From Azolla caroliniana (taxonomy: Eukaryota; Plantae; Polypodiophyta): a DNA stretch of 64,000 nucleotides. A model generated the notes under the pieces. The model was given only the letters and a program-made list of their open reading frames with translations. It ran no database searches and had not been told where the DNA came from. Location: positions 3,348,001 to 3,412,000 of the forward strand of contig JBHGNT010000009.1 in assembly GCA_043228905.1 (NCBI GenBank). Direction: 5' to 3'. Both the position numbers and the translations under genes were made by a program. This document shows positions 12,904-25,400 of the stretch, piece by piece (the first letter of the stretch is position 1; each line of letters opens with the position of its first letter).

Positions 12904-14657
12904 ACAAAAAGTGCATTTTTTGTTTTAGTCCGAAGTAATTTATTGTAGCGAAATATTCAACGTGCAAGCTTGTGGTTTCAACTTTCAACTTCCAAACATT
13001 TTATATCTCTTCTTCAAAGTTGGCTTTTTACTCAATCTTTGTGAACAAACTCATTTAAAACTTCATGTATATGGTAACAAGTAATTAAAAAACACTATGT
13101 GATTCGTTAATCCATAACAAAGGAAACGACTTTGTCTCTTATAATGGGGTTTTACAAATTCAATCCCCATCACCTAATGGTTAAAACCGATGCCATTTGT
13201 AGGATACTAGCAAAAATGATTCTAAATAATGGTTTACTTATGTATGAAACATGGTCAACATATGAATGTTGGCATTAGCAAAGTTGTTAAAGATATTGAT
13301 ATGTAGGCATGAGTGCATTAACATGAGGAATGTTAGTGGAAATCTAATGCTTTGTGTTTGCTAATAAGTAATATGGTAACTAGTAGGTTCCCCTTTATAA
13401 GCCAAGCTTTGTTACTGTCACCTCTTGTGATTTCAGTATGCCTCTTTGATAAAAATATAGGAAGATATCTTTCATACTACAACCAAAATGAAGGGTATTT
13501 TGAAAACAATCTCTCCAATATGATGCATAACGAATTTCAAATCATAAAATGTTTATATATTACCACGAGAAACTTCAAATGGGCATTGCATAATACAAAC
13601 ACAGTTCACAACCTCACATACATGGAACAACCTTTTTACTACCATGTTATTTATTGGGTAGGATTCTCTTACAAACTTGGTCCATGGAAACTAGTTTCAT
13701 TTCCACACATTTTTATGTAAAAAGACATACGATTATGTTTGGATTGTTTCCCGAGCAAGACCCAAAATCCGTGTCCCCAAATCAGCACACGTCTGATAAC
13801 GATTACTCACGTTAATGAATGGGAGGTTAAGCATAAGTTGGGCGATAAGCACCAACAGACTATATAACAGTCATGATCTGCAACATCATATCCTAGATTC
13901 ACATTATATTATGTAATATGTATGTATACATACATATACATATACATATACTGTATACATATACATTATGATATACTGTATACATATACATTTATGTATG
14001 TATGTATTTTGCAACATTGACGGACGTGGTCGTAACGTGTACAAATTTAACTATAATTTCATCGAGACTTTCAAGGCTCTGTCTCTGTCTCTCTGTCTCT
14101 CTTTGTCTTCTTCTACGCGACAGCGACTGATGCATCAGATGGGTTTGTCCGGAACAAGTGGGTTATCGCCAGTGACAGCGAGAACTTACTGTATGTATGT
14201 ATACAGGTGTATCACCGTCATCACCATCGATTCATACCAACAGACACCATCTGACCTTCATACCTTCCTTATACACACACCTCGCCATCCGTATACTACT
14301 TGTTGTCATCCCAGAATTAGGTCTGAACTGCCCTTGGGAGCTCAACCCTAATGCGGCTTCCCACCTCTGGTATGTGACATTGAGAGAGAGAGAGAGAGAG
14401 AGAGAGAGCGCTTCTTCCTTTGTCTATCCTGAAAAATATGGCTGCGTTCGGTTTTAGATTACCAATGCATTGAAATGCCACCTTATATGGAGGTTATTGA
14501 TATTGCATTTAGGTTTTACCATACACTAACTACTTAAAGAAAGAATTGATTTGAGATGTATGCAGAGGTTGGAAAGAATTGATTTTTGATATGTATGCAG
14601 AGGTGATCCATTCTGTGTTGTCATCTTTTGTGGGGGTTGAATGTGAATGTGGAATTC

Positions 14658-14985
14658 TCTGCTCTTTGCGAATGATGGAGCCATAATTCAGCATTAATAT
14701 CTTTAGTATGACTAAACTAGCTCCATCACCATGACATAGTTAAATTGCTCCTTTATTTAGGGTTCTCAATCTTTGGTTTAAGCTACTGAAATCCATGCCA
14801 TTCTATTCTCTCGAGTTGTGATCTGCTCTTTGCGAATGATGGAGCCATAATTGGGCATTAATATCTTTAGTATGACTAAACTAGCTCCATCACCATGACA
14901 TAGTTAAATTGCTCCTTTATTTAGGGTTCTCAATCTTTGGTTTAAGCTACTGAAATCCAAGCCATTCTATTCTCTCGAGTTGTGA
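14658..14985. repeat. 164-bp near-identical tandem duplication in the 5' intron of the MEB/VIT1 gene
   Basis: TCTGCTCTTTGCGAATGATGGAGCC...CTCGAGTTGTGA at 14658 and 14822, with only a few mismatches. Confidence 0.9.
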
Positions 14986-15396
14986 CCTGAATATTTCCAC
15001 ATGAAACAATACAAAATTATGTGACAATACCAGATATTTGTAGTGTCCAAGTTATCTTGTGCCATTCAAGTGGCTTAATTGATTGTGTGTTCAAAGTCTT
15101 AGTTTGCTTATGTGGTGACATCAGTACTTGTTACGGATGTAATGTAGCATGATTATATTTGTGTTGCAGGGATTTATGTGAGCAGGATGTTTATGTGAAG
15201 CAAGATGAATTTCTTTAAAGAAGTAGCATGGGAAATAAATGTACGTAAGGAATAGAATGAGAGCCCAAAGACATGGATAAAGCTATATGGTTGGTTCATG
15301 AATATCAATAATCAGTACTTCATGTTTTGATTATGAAGAGTGTGGTGGAAATTCAAAAATGTCAAAGTTACTGATAAAGAAGATCAAGCATTCAGA

Positions 15397-16436
15397 ATGA
15401 GTTCACAATCAGACACATTTTTGAATACAGGGAATGAACATGTAGCCATGGAAACAGCTGATAATGTACACAGCATTCCACAATTCAGTGAAGAGATTGC
15501 ATTTGATAAACTAATAAATATTGGGCCTGAAAATGACAATTCAAACATGAAAGTAATCAATGCTCATGAATTGGAGAGTAACAATGACACAGAAATAAAT
15601 CTAAATGCAAAGGAGCACAAGAAACAAACAGTTGTACAATTAGAGGAACAGGTTACTGAAATTGTTCCACAAGAAGAACAGGTTCCTGAAGTCTGTGTAA
15701 GAATGAAGAATTCATATGTCAAGACCAGTTTCACTTGTGATTCCAGTGTAGAAATGGACGATGAAGATAAACAACTTAGAGAATATTGGACTCACGCACT
15801 TCAAGCCAGTAAATCATCTGGAGAGATTGTTGAAGAGATAGTGAAAGTTATGAAGAATCATCAAAAGACACATGATTTGATGTGCCCCATGTGTGGTTCA
15901 TGTGTAACAAGAACAATTATTCTGCGCAAAAGGAAAAGATCAAATCTGATATCTGTGGAAAGATGGTATCCAGACTCTTTAGTCCAAGAATCGGAAAGGC
16001 AACCAGAAATCACTGATGAAAATAATACATCACCCCAGTATAATGGAGACGATAAAGAAATGGAAACACAGGACAATGAACAGTTCACAGAAGCCTATGG
16101 ATGCTTGACATGCTTTTCACTATTTTTTGAAAAAGGTTAGTCTACCTTACATCCAAGTTACTTCTAATCTCTTGGGTCTGTATGGACAAATGTACACATT
16201 TTTATTAACGTGCTTAATTTGTACTATAAAACTGTTAGATTCGATAATAATGACAATAATGTTATATGATAACAGGTTGTAAACTACTTACTGAAAGAGA
16301 AACGTTTGATTGTTTTCCTTTCCTGTGTCCATTCTATCCATGGGGAATTACTACTTCGGATTCTAAAAGTTCAGGTATTCTAGTTATGTATATTGGGAAA
16401 ACTCAACCTTAAAATTACTGAATGGAACATAATTAC

Positions 16437-16469
<33 letters not shown>

Positions 16470-19400
16470 CTTGCTGCATTTAATCGGGACAGATGTCAAT
16501 TCGCAAAACATTGGAAAAAGCTGAACCAGCATTGAAATGCTAAATATCATAATAAGGAGACATGTTTGTTGGCGATGTGCATATGTACTGGACAACCACA
16601 CATGTGATACGAGCAAAATGCACTTTCCAAGCAGTAGCTATTCACTGATATTACACTTTTACTTGGTGGATCATTGTACATATTACTTGTTGCTCCATTT
16701 AGAGTCTGTTCCTAGCAATATCTGCAGCAGTCTTTCAAGAGTCATAGATTTAAAGCACATTCTGATTGACCCATGGAACTTTCTTATGATTATTTGCAGT
16801 GGTGCCAATTGTTTATGAAAAATGGATAGAGTAATGTCTTCAAAGCGGTAAATATTACTTTAGGACTTAAAGGCAGTGCAATGCAAGCTATCTCCCTGAT
16901 TATTCCCCCCACATAAATAAATTAATGCGCTGAAGAGGCAAATATGATCTATTGAATCCAAAATAATATAAAGTGAGCTATCTTCTCTCTTGCTCTTAGA
17001 ATTTTTGTATTCAATGTTCTAATAGTTCTGCAAGATATGCCCCCAATGCAAGGGTATACATCGATCTTTTCTTAATTTATTGGAGATTCTCACAACTTTG
17101 GAGTTATTTAAAAAAATTGTCCATGACGCAAAAGAAAAATACAAAATTTCTATTGGATCCACTACCAGCATGTTGCAAACCACATGAAACCTATTATTTC
17201 TGACTTTGACGATCCATCTTCCAGTTCTGCACAACGATATTACTATAGAATCTGTTGAATAAGCTTGGAAAGTTAATTATTGTTGGGATTTCAGGGTCTC
17301 AAGATTTTAGATTTGTAACACACTCCAGTTTAACACATGGGTCCAATACTAATTGGTATGTTGAACCAATCTCACGAGTCACAGCTCTGCGGCTTATTTA
17401 TGGCTACCAATTTAGTCCATATATTTTCTGCCTTAGAGTTACCTTGACTAGCCTTCTAAGTTCACTTGTACCAATAATCTAAACTAGCATTGTTATTGCC
17501 AAAATATCATCTGATTTCTGCAGGAACTGCTCAAGAGATTTCTAGTGAGAAAGCAAATGGCAGAATTTCTACTCAGAATATTCCAGCTCTGTGCAACGAT
17601 ATTAATATAGAGTTTGTTGAACAAGCTGGGAACATTCACTATTCCGAATCCAAAGGAACACATTGTATAAGTGTGCTTGCACCTGCCTTGCTCCCTACCT
17701 ACCCATGGGGATTGTCTCAAATATCTGCAGGTTCATACATCTTTGGTATCCTATTAATCTTCTTAACAATTATAAAGTCCTTGGTGCAGTAGACAGTGTT
17801 TTCCTGCTTGAATTTTTATTTCAGAGAACTGGTATTGGGAAATTACCTTTGTTGAAATCCTAGATTTAGATTTTCTTGGTAATTACTTTTCAATTGGATC
17901 AGAACATGCATATAAACATCATTTATATTCAGATGCAAAATACTTATGCTCCAATGGAAAATTATATCTGATTCTGTGATTCCATTTTCTAAACTAAATT
18001 TCTGCCAGGATTTCGATGTAAGTTTAGCTGGATAATTTCTGAATTATCATAATTAACTAAATCATTCTCGTACAGTAGAAGAAAACTAATAGAATATAGG
18101 GTTCTGAAATAGACTAAGGATCCTATTAAACTTCGAAATGGGGAGTATATGTTGTGGTTTCCATTTGGTCAATGTAACTTGATGGATATGTATTATGGAC
18201 TTTGTTGTTGCATCCATCAATAGATATGTACATACCATTGACTATACATTCAAAACATGCAGGATTTTTAAGGTTTTGACAAATCTTAACTGTTGAAGTC
18301 TCTCTACTTATGCGTAACGAGCTAAAAAAATCATCTAATATCTGCAGCACTACATCCAGAACTGTCTGTTGAGAAAGCTCGTGATGAAACTTCTCTTGAT
18401 AACATTCCAGAACTGAGAGACTATACTACAGAGAGCATCAAACAAGATAGGAGCCTTCAATACTTTTCATCGGAAGGATTACATTCAACATGTGGGATTG
18501 TGCCTGATTTGCTGCCTCCCTACCCTTGGGGATTGTCTCCAATATCTTCTGGTCATTACTGATAAATCTTCTTAAGAATGATTAAATTCTAGGTGTTTTC
18601 TTGCTTGAACTTGTAAATTGTATTGTGACATTATGCTTGTTGGATCCTTGATTTATTGGTTCCTTGTGTTTAATGATGGTATGTATATAAATACTATTAC
18701 TATCATATGTTTGAGATACAAAGCTTATCCTCTGTGCTCAAATGGAAAATTATAACTGCCCCTCTGTTATGTTTTCTGATCTTAGTGCACAGTACTATTA
18801 TGGTTCCTGACTGACTATATCCTATAGCTGAACTGGCAGCTTCATGTGATTCTGGGAACCAAGCAATGTGATATTTTTTTAAATTATTACTTAGGATTGA
18901 CTGATTCTAACTTAAGTTGCCAACCTGAAAGTGAGCAGAAAAGTGGTTCTAAATTTTTATAGGAAGGCACTATTTATGTTGGGATACAGAAGGTATAGAT
19001 ATACAAATATGTATAGTCATTAGAAATACTTATGGACTTGGTTCTGCACTACAAGGCCTACAGGTTTTTTGTGGGTAAAAGTTTCAGTTTTCATTAATGC
19101 AGGCTCAATTGATCGTTCTTCATCTGAGGTGAATTATAGTTCTTACAAAATACATTCTGTTATTGGTGACCTGGAGAATATTTCTTCCGATGTACATGAA
19201 AATGCTGTCAATGTTATAACATCTGATTTTCTTTCTCAATCACCATACAATGAGACCAAGAATATGCATTGTACTGATGGGATTGGCTCTGCTCTTTCAC
19301 CTGAGTACCCTTGGGGAACATTTTCAAAAGGTAAATATATGCTTTGTACTAAATATTCTTTTGTTTTTGAGGATAAAAAATAAATCCATGTCTATGAATT

Positions 19401-22400
19401 TGTTCACTTTTCCATACTGGAGGAAAAAGTACAGTAAAAGAATAATGCAATGAATGACGCACATGCGCAATAAATCAAGAATTACAGTGTCCTCATCAAA
19501 GCCAGTTGCTATACTCACCACAACAGGATACTCTGGAATATTGCCTTCTAATGAGGCAACTATCATAGATACTAGAAATAGATACAAAATTAAAAAATAG
19601 CTAAATCAGTCCAATTTTGCACTCTACTAGGATTATGGAATTTTGGTGGTTATCAATTTGGGTTGTCGTTTGCTGCAGAGTCAGCAGATCATTTGTCATC
19701 TGCAGTGGAACATAGTTCTTACAACGTAACTTCAACTTGTATCGATGGTGAACTGAATATTAGTTCTTACAATGTGCATGAAAGTGCTGCCATTGTTACA
19801 CGAGCTGATGTTCTTTCTCAATCAGCACATTATGAGGCTGAGAATAATCATTGCACTGGTGGGCTTGCCTCTGTGCTTTTGCCTGAATACTCTTGGGGAA
19901 CATTTTCAAAAGATGACGGTAAGCTTAATACTGAATGTTCTTTGTCTTTTGAGTTTGTTCATTTTTCTATAATGGAACACAATGATGTACAGTAATAGAA
20001 AATGCAATTAATGCACTAAGAAAGAAAGAAAAACATTAGAGAACAAGATGAGAAAAATAGTGCATTTCAAAAAGTGGAAAGTGAGAATGTGAAAACTTCA
20101 ATTGTGATGCATAGAGTTCAATTCATACACACTGAGAAATGTAATATCTCACACAAATAATAGTATAAATGTAATGAGCTATTCGTGAAAGATAACTGGT
20201 ATTTACTTGAAGCAGTTGTTTTTCTATTCTTGACATATTAAAGGGACATGTGCATAGAACCTACTATAAGTTATTTTATATTTTAACAATTTTCAGAGTT
20301 GCTATGGTAAAGACATCACATCAGAGGTTTACACTAACTTCTTATATTTGCAGCAAATCCTCCAGAATTATTTATTGATATAGTAGCCGATAGAAATTCT
20401 ACCCAGAATATTACAGAGCTGCATATTGATACTGTAGAGAGCGTTGAACAAACTAGGAATGTGCAAAATTCATCATTTGAAGGAACAAATTATGGGCTTT
20501 CAACTGCCGTGCTCCCTGTATACCCTTGGGGATTATCTTCAGAAACTGCAGGTAATCAATATACCTCTCTAAAATTCAGAAACTTTCTGTAAGAAGTGTA
20601 AAGACCTGCATGCATATTAGGCCATTTTTCTTTATTTACTTGAATTTATAAATGTTATTATTTTAAAATTTCCTTTGTATTGTTTTACGGAATGAGTTAT
20701 ATACTGATTGACTGCTTCCTATAGCTGAGCCAAATATTGATTCTGGGCAACAAGCATGTGACATTTTTGTTAATGAACATTATATTATTTGAATAACTTC
20801 TTTCGTTGATTATCTAATATCTCCAGCAAACCCTCCAAATTTGAGTATCGAGAAAGCCAGTGGGAAAACTTCTCTGCAGAGTATGGAAGAGATGTGTGAC
20901 GGTACCATCCAGAGTACTGATAAAGCGGATAACCTTCAAGATTCTTCACAGGAAGGAACACAATTTACATGTGGGGTTGTACCTGCACTGCTCCCTACCT
21001 ACCCTTGGGGATCATCTCTGACACCTGCAGGTTATCACTCATACATCCCTCAGAGAATCCTATATAAATGATTAGATGCAATAGTTCATGTTTTCTGCTT
21101 CAATTTGTATGTAGATAGTCATATGGTGAAATATATCTTCGATTTATTGGTTACCTGAATTTTTATGTCTTGGAAAAATCAGATGTGATGCATAGAAATA
21201 TTACCATAATTACTACCTTATCTTGAGACATGGAAAACTTATCTGACCGTAGAAAATTTTATCTGATTGAATATACTTGCTATTATCATGCTAGGCTGAC
21301 TGCATCCTATTGTGCTGAACACTTGACTACATATTATATTGTCATTATTGAAAACTTGTGTTTAATTGATTGCTGAGTTATGTAATGAACCTGAAACTGG
21401 GCCAATGACCTGTTACGGAATTGTATGTCATATTATTAATGTTGAAGATATAGGGGATATAAACATTAGAAATAGATACAGGTAACGGAATTCAGGAATA
21501 GCTATATCAGTCCGATTCTGCACTATTAGACATATAGAATTTTGGTGGTTATCAATTTGGGTTGTCACTTACTGCAGGGTTAACTGATCATTCTCCATCT
21601 GTGGTGGAACATAGTTCTTACAACGTAACTCCAAGTTGTATTGATGGTGAACTGAATATTAGTTCTTACAATGTGCATGAAAATGCTGCCAATATTACAC
21701 AAGCTGATGCTCTTTCTCAATCAGCACATTATGAGACTGATAATAATCATTGTACTGGTGGGCTTGGCTCTGTGCTTTTGCCTGAATACTCTTGGGGAAC
21801 ATTTTCAAAAGTTGAAGGTAAATACTGAATGTTCTTTCCTCTTTTGGGTTTGTTCACTTTTTTATGATGGAACAAAATGATGTACAGTAAAAGAAAATAC
21901 AATTAATGCACTAAGAAAATAGTGCATTTGTAAAATTGGAAAGTAGAAATGTAAAAACAGCAATTGCAATGCGTGGAGATCAATGAATCTCAAGGGGAAT
22001 GTAATATGTAAGGAATATAAGTGTAAATGGGCAGTTCATGAAAGATAACCAGTATCTACTTGAAGCAGTTTTTTTTCTATGCTTGACATATTAATGTGGC
22101 ATGTACATAGAAGCTTCTACATGCTATTTTTATGTTTAAGCTATATTATGAGTTGTCTAAAGTCGTTATGTTAGAGATTTACACTGATTTAATATCTGCA
22201 GCAATTTCTCAAGATTTATCTATTGATATTGTAAGAGGTAGAACTTCTACCCAGAATAGTTCAGAGCTGCATATTGATACCATAGAGAGTGCCGAACAAC
22301 ATAGGAATGCTCAAAATTCATCATCTGAAGAAACAAATTGGATTTCAACTGCCTTGCTGCCTGCATACCCTTGGGAACGGTCTCCAGAAACCGAAGGTAA

Positions 22401-25400
22401 TTGATATACCTCTCTAAAATTCAGAAACTCTCCTTAAGAAGTGTTACAATTATCATGCAAAGCCTTGTTTTCCTTATTTATGGTTATTTGCTAATGCTAT
22501 TATTTCAAAATTACCATTTGTATTGTTGCAAACAACGAACTATCATGCTTGATTCAGCCAGCCATGTTTGAGCTAAAATTTTATGTGATTCTGGGAAACA
22601 AGCATGTGAAAGTTTTGTTAATGAATGTTTGGGTTTGACCGATTTCAGTGTTGGCCGATGTAAAGAGTAGTGCTTACAGTGCGTGTGAAAGTTCTGTCAG
22701 TGTTGAAGATATAATGACCGACGTTCGAGACAGTTCTATCTGTGTTGGAGATATGAAAGCTGATGATATTTCTCAATCATTATATCATGAGTCTGAGAGT
22801 AATAATTGTGCGTGTGGGATTGGGCCTGTCCTATTACCTGAGTACACTTGGGGAACATTTTCAAAAGTTAATGGTATGATTCCTAAATATTCTTACCAAT
22901 CCATGAGTTGGTTCATATTTCTATATTAAGCAAAATGAATTGAATGAAGATGTAGATGAAAAACTGAATGTCTTTCTGTAAGCAAACTTATGGGAAATCC
23001 ATTGTTGCACAAGAGAGGTTTTAAGGAAGTTGTAACCCATACAATTCTATAAAATAGTAGACTGATTAGGAAGCTAAGGTACAATGAGGTTTTAATGGAG
23101 TACAAAAGAAAGTGCAATAAATGGGTTGTTCACAATTTTACATGGTAATAGAGCAACATGATGCAATAAAAATGTTAATTAAATGAAGGTAGAGATATTA
23201 AAACTCAATAAAGCAATTTTGGAAATGGCTATGGGGTATAAAGATGAGTAGGAAAATTGTTTGTTTTTGATGGTTGTTGGTTCATAAAGCTATACCAGTT
23301 AATGGGTGGCGAAAAGGAAATGTAGAGATGTGCCCTTTCTGTACAGATATAATAGAGACTGCTAAACATTGTTTGTGGGGTTGTGGTTTTGCTCTGGACA
23401 TATGGAAACAAATCATAAAATTATTAACTCCAATATATCCTAGAGCAGTGTACACATTGGGTGCAGTATTATGGGCGGTGGTACATGATAAACCTATGGT
23501 ATATGAAAAGGAGGAGGTTGCAGAGGCTATTGTGATGAGACATGGTTTCATGGGTTTTTTTTTGAACCCTTTGAATCCACAAATACAAACTGATAAACCT
23601 CAAATATGGCAATTGGTAAGTAGTATTACAGTTTGGTATATTTGGAAGGCTCGATGTTTGAAGGTATTTCAGAATGTGACTGAAAGACCTGCCCAAATAA
23701 TTTCTGGAATTTGGATAGAGATTGTGCATAATCTCAGAGGGTTTTTGATAGTATAAAAGGTAATACGCATCAAGCGGAGCTTAAGCGTTTGGAGTTTCAT
23801 GCCATTTGGGACATAGGTATATTTTATAGACGGCGTTTTGATAAGGTGGAGGAGTGGTTCTACTCAACACCAAAGTATTTATTTAAGCTGATGGTTAGAA
23901 TTTAGAAAAATATAGGGGATTGGTGGTTTATCTTGTATGTTTAGCCTTATGGCGCTTTCTAATACTAATGTAGTATCTTTTTTGGGAAAAAAAAAACTCA
24001 ATAAATTTTTCGGAAGTACTAAGAAATCCATTGTCACTCGAGAGAGGGTCTTACACAATGAAATTTTAAAGAAAGCAGGAGTCATAGAGTACTATAAAAT
24101 AGTAGACTGAGTAGGAAGCTAATGTATTAAAAAAACTGATTTGAAGATGGTTGAAGGATGAGCTGGCATTTCTCTTTGATGTTCTTAATGAGGAAATGGC
24201 TTATGCTATGGATTTTCTTACCATAGCTCCACAAAACAGAAGCAGAATATAGGCCAATATCCAGCGAGGCAGAATTAATATTTATCAGCTCCAAATCATT
24301 GTTAATTGCATTGTTTATATGTGAAATAGATCTGTCTGGACCTCCCAATGCTAGTGTCACTTTACATTTGCAAGTTTTTCTTCAAAAGCTACTTGTGAAT
24401 TTCTGTAGAGCTCTGACCGAAAGACTATGCTCCGCATGCACAACAATGTGCTCCTGCGGACAGTTTCTGACTCCTCTTGGACACTCATTTTCAAACCTGC
24501 ACCTAGGTAGTTTGTTACTGTCAATTGTGATGACGCACATAGTTATAGGAAGTTATATCAAAGGACAATGAATAATGTAATCATGGAACCACTGTCAATA
24601 GCGGCAAAACACAAAGCCATTTGAGTTTTACATCCAGGATTTATCTATAATGTTATGCCTACAAATATAAATAATATCAGAGCCTCCTATTTGTTTTTGA
24701 TCACTCTGTCAGGAATTCTATGTGAACAAATGTGTTGCATACAGAGTTATCTATGTGAAGGCAACCCTTCATCCACCATAGTAGAAAAGTCAACTCAACC
24801 TTTTTATAATGAAGTAGACTAGTTGGGCCCTATTGGTCTCTTATATGGGATATATATTTTGTGGGCTATTAAAGTAGTTTCATCACTGCAAGAATATTCA
24901 CTCTTAGAATTGTCAGAACATTTTGATTCTGTCATACTGTTGTTGGGGTATATATATTCAAAAAACTACAAGCGATTCTTCTGTTTGATCATCCTAACTG
25001 TTGTTTTGTTAAAACGATTATGCTATAGATTTGAACTATTGACCATCTCGCCAGTTGTGGGTACCAAATCACAAAAAGAATATCATCTGATATCTGTAGC
25101 AATGCCACTGCAATTATCTAGAAAAAGAACAAGAGCCAGAACTTCTACTCGGAATAATTTAGAGCTGCATGATGCAGCTACAAAGAGTATTCCACAAGCT
25201 GATCTCCTTCTGTATTCTTTGTCTGAGGAAATACATTGCCGGCTTGTACCTGCCTGCCTTCTTGACTACACCTGGGGATCAATGTTACATATGGAAAATT
25301 CATATTAAGAAGTGGAATGACTCATATGCAATAGGCAATTTTTCCAGTCACAGTATATTGTGGCATTACTGTCGGTGGCAATTTGCCTCTAAAGGGGCTG

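Noticed and set aside
16799-16848. Possible small exon after the N-terminal exon of the MEB/VIT1 gene
   Set aside because: In phase 1 it meets TAA before the stronger donor, and the earlier donor would break the frame.
24409-24506. Possible additional short repeat exon (CSCGQFLTPLG or DSSW frames)
   Set aside because: The first AG gives an immediate stop in phase 1. The alternative GAG acceptor is weak, and the family motif is not recovered in a single frame.
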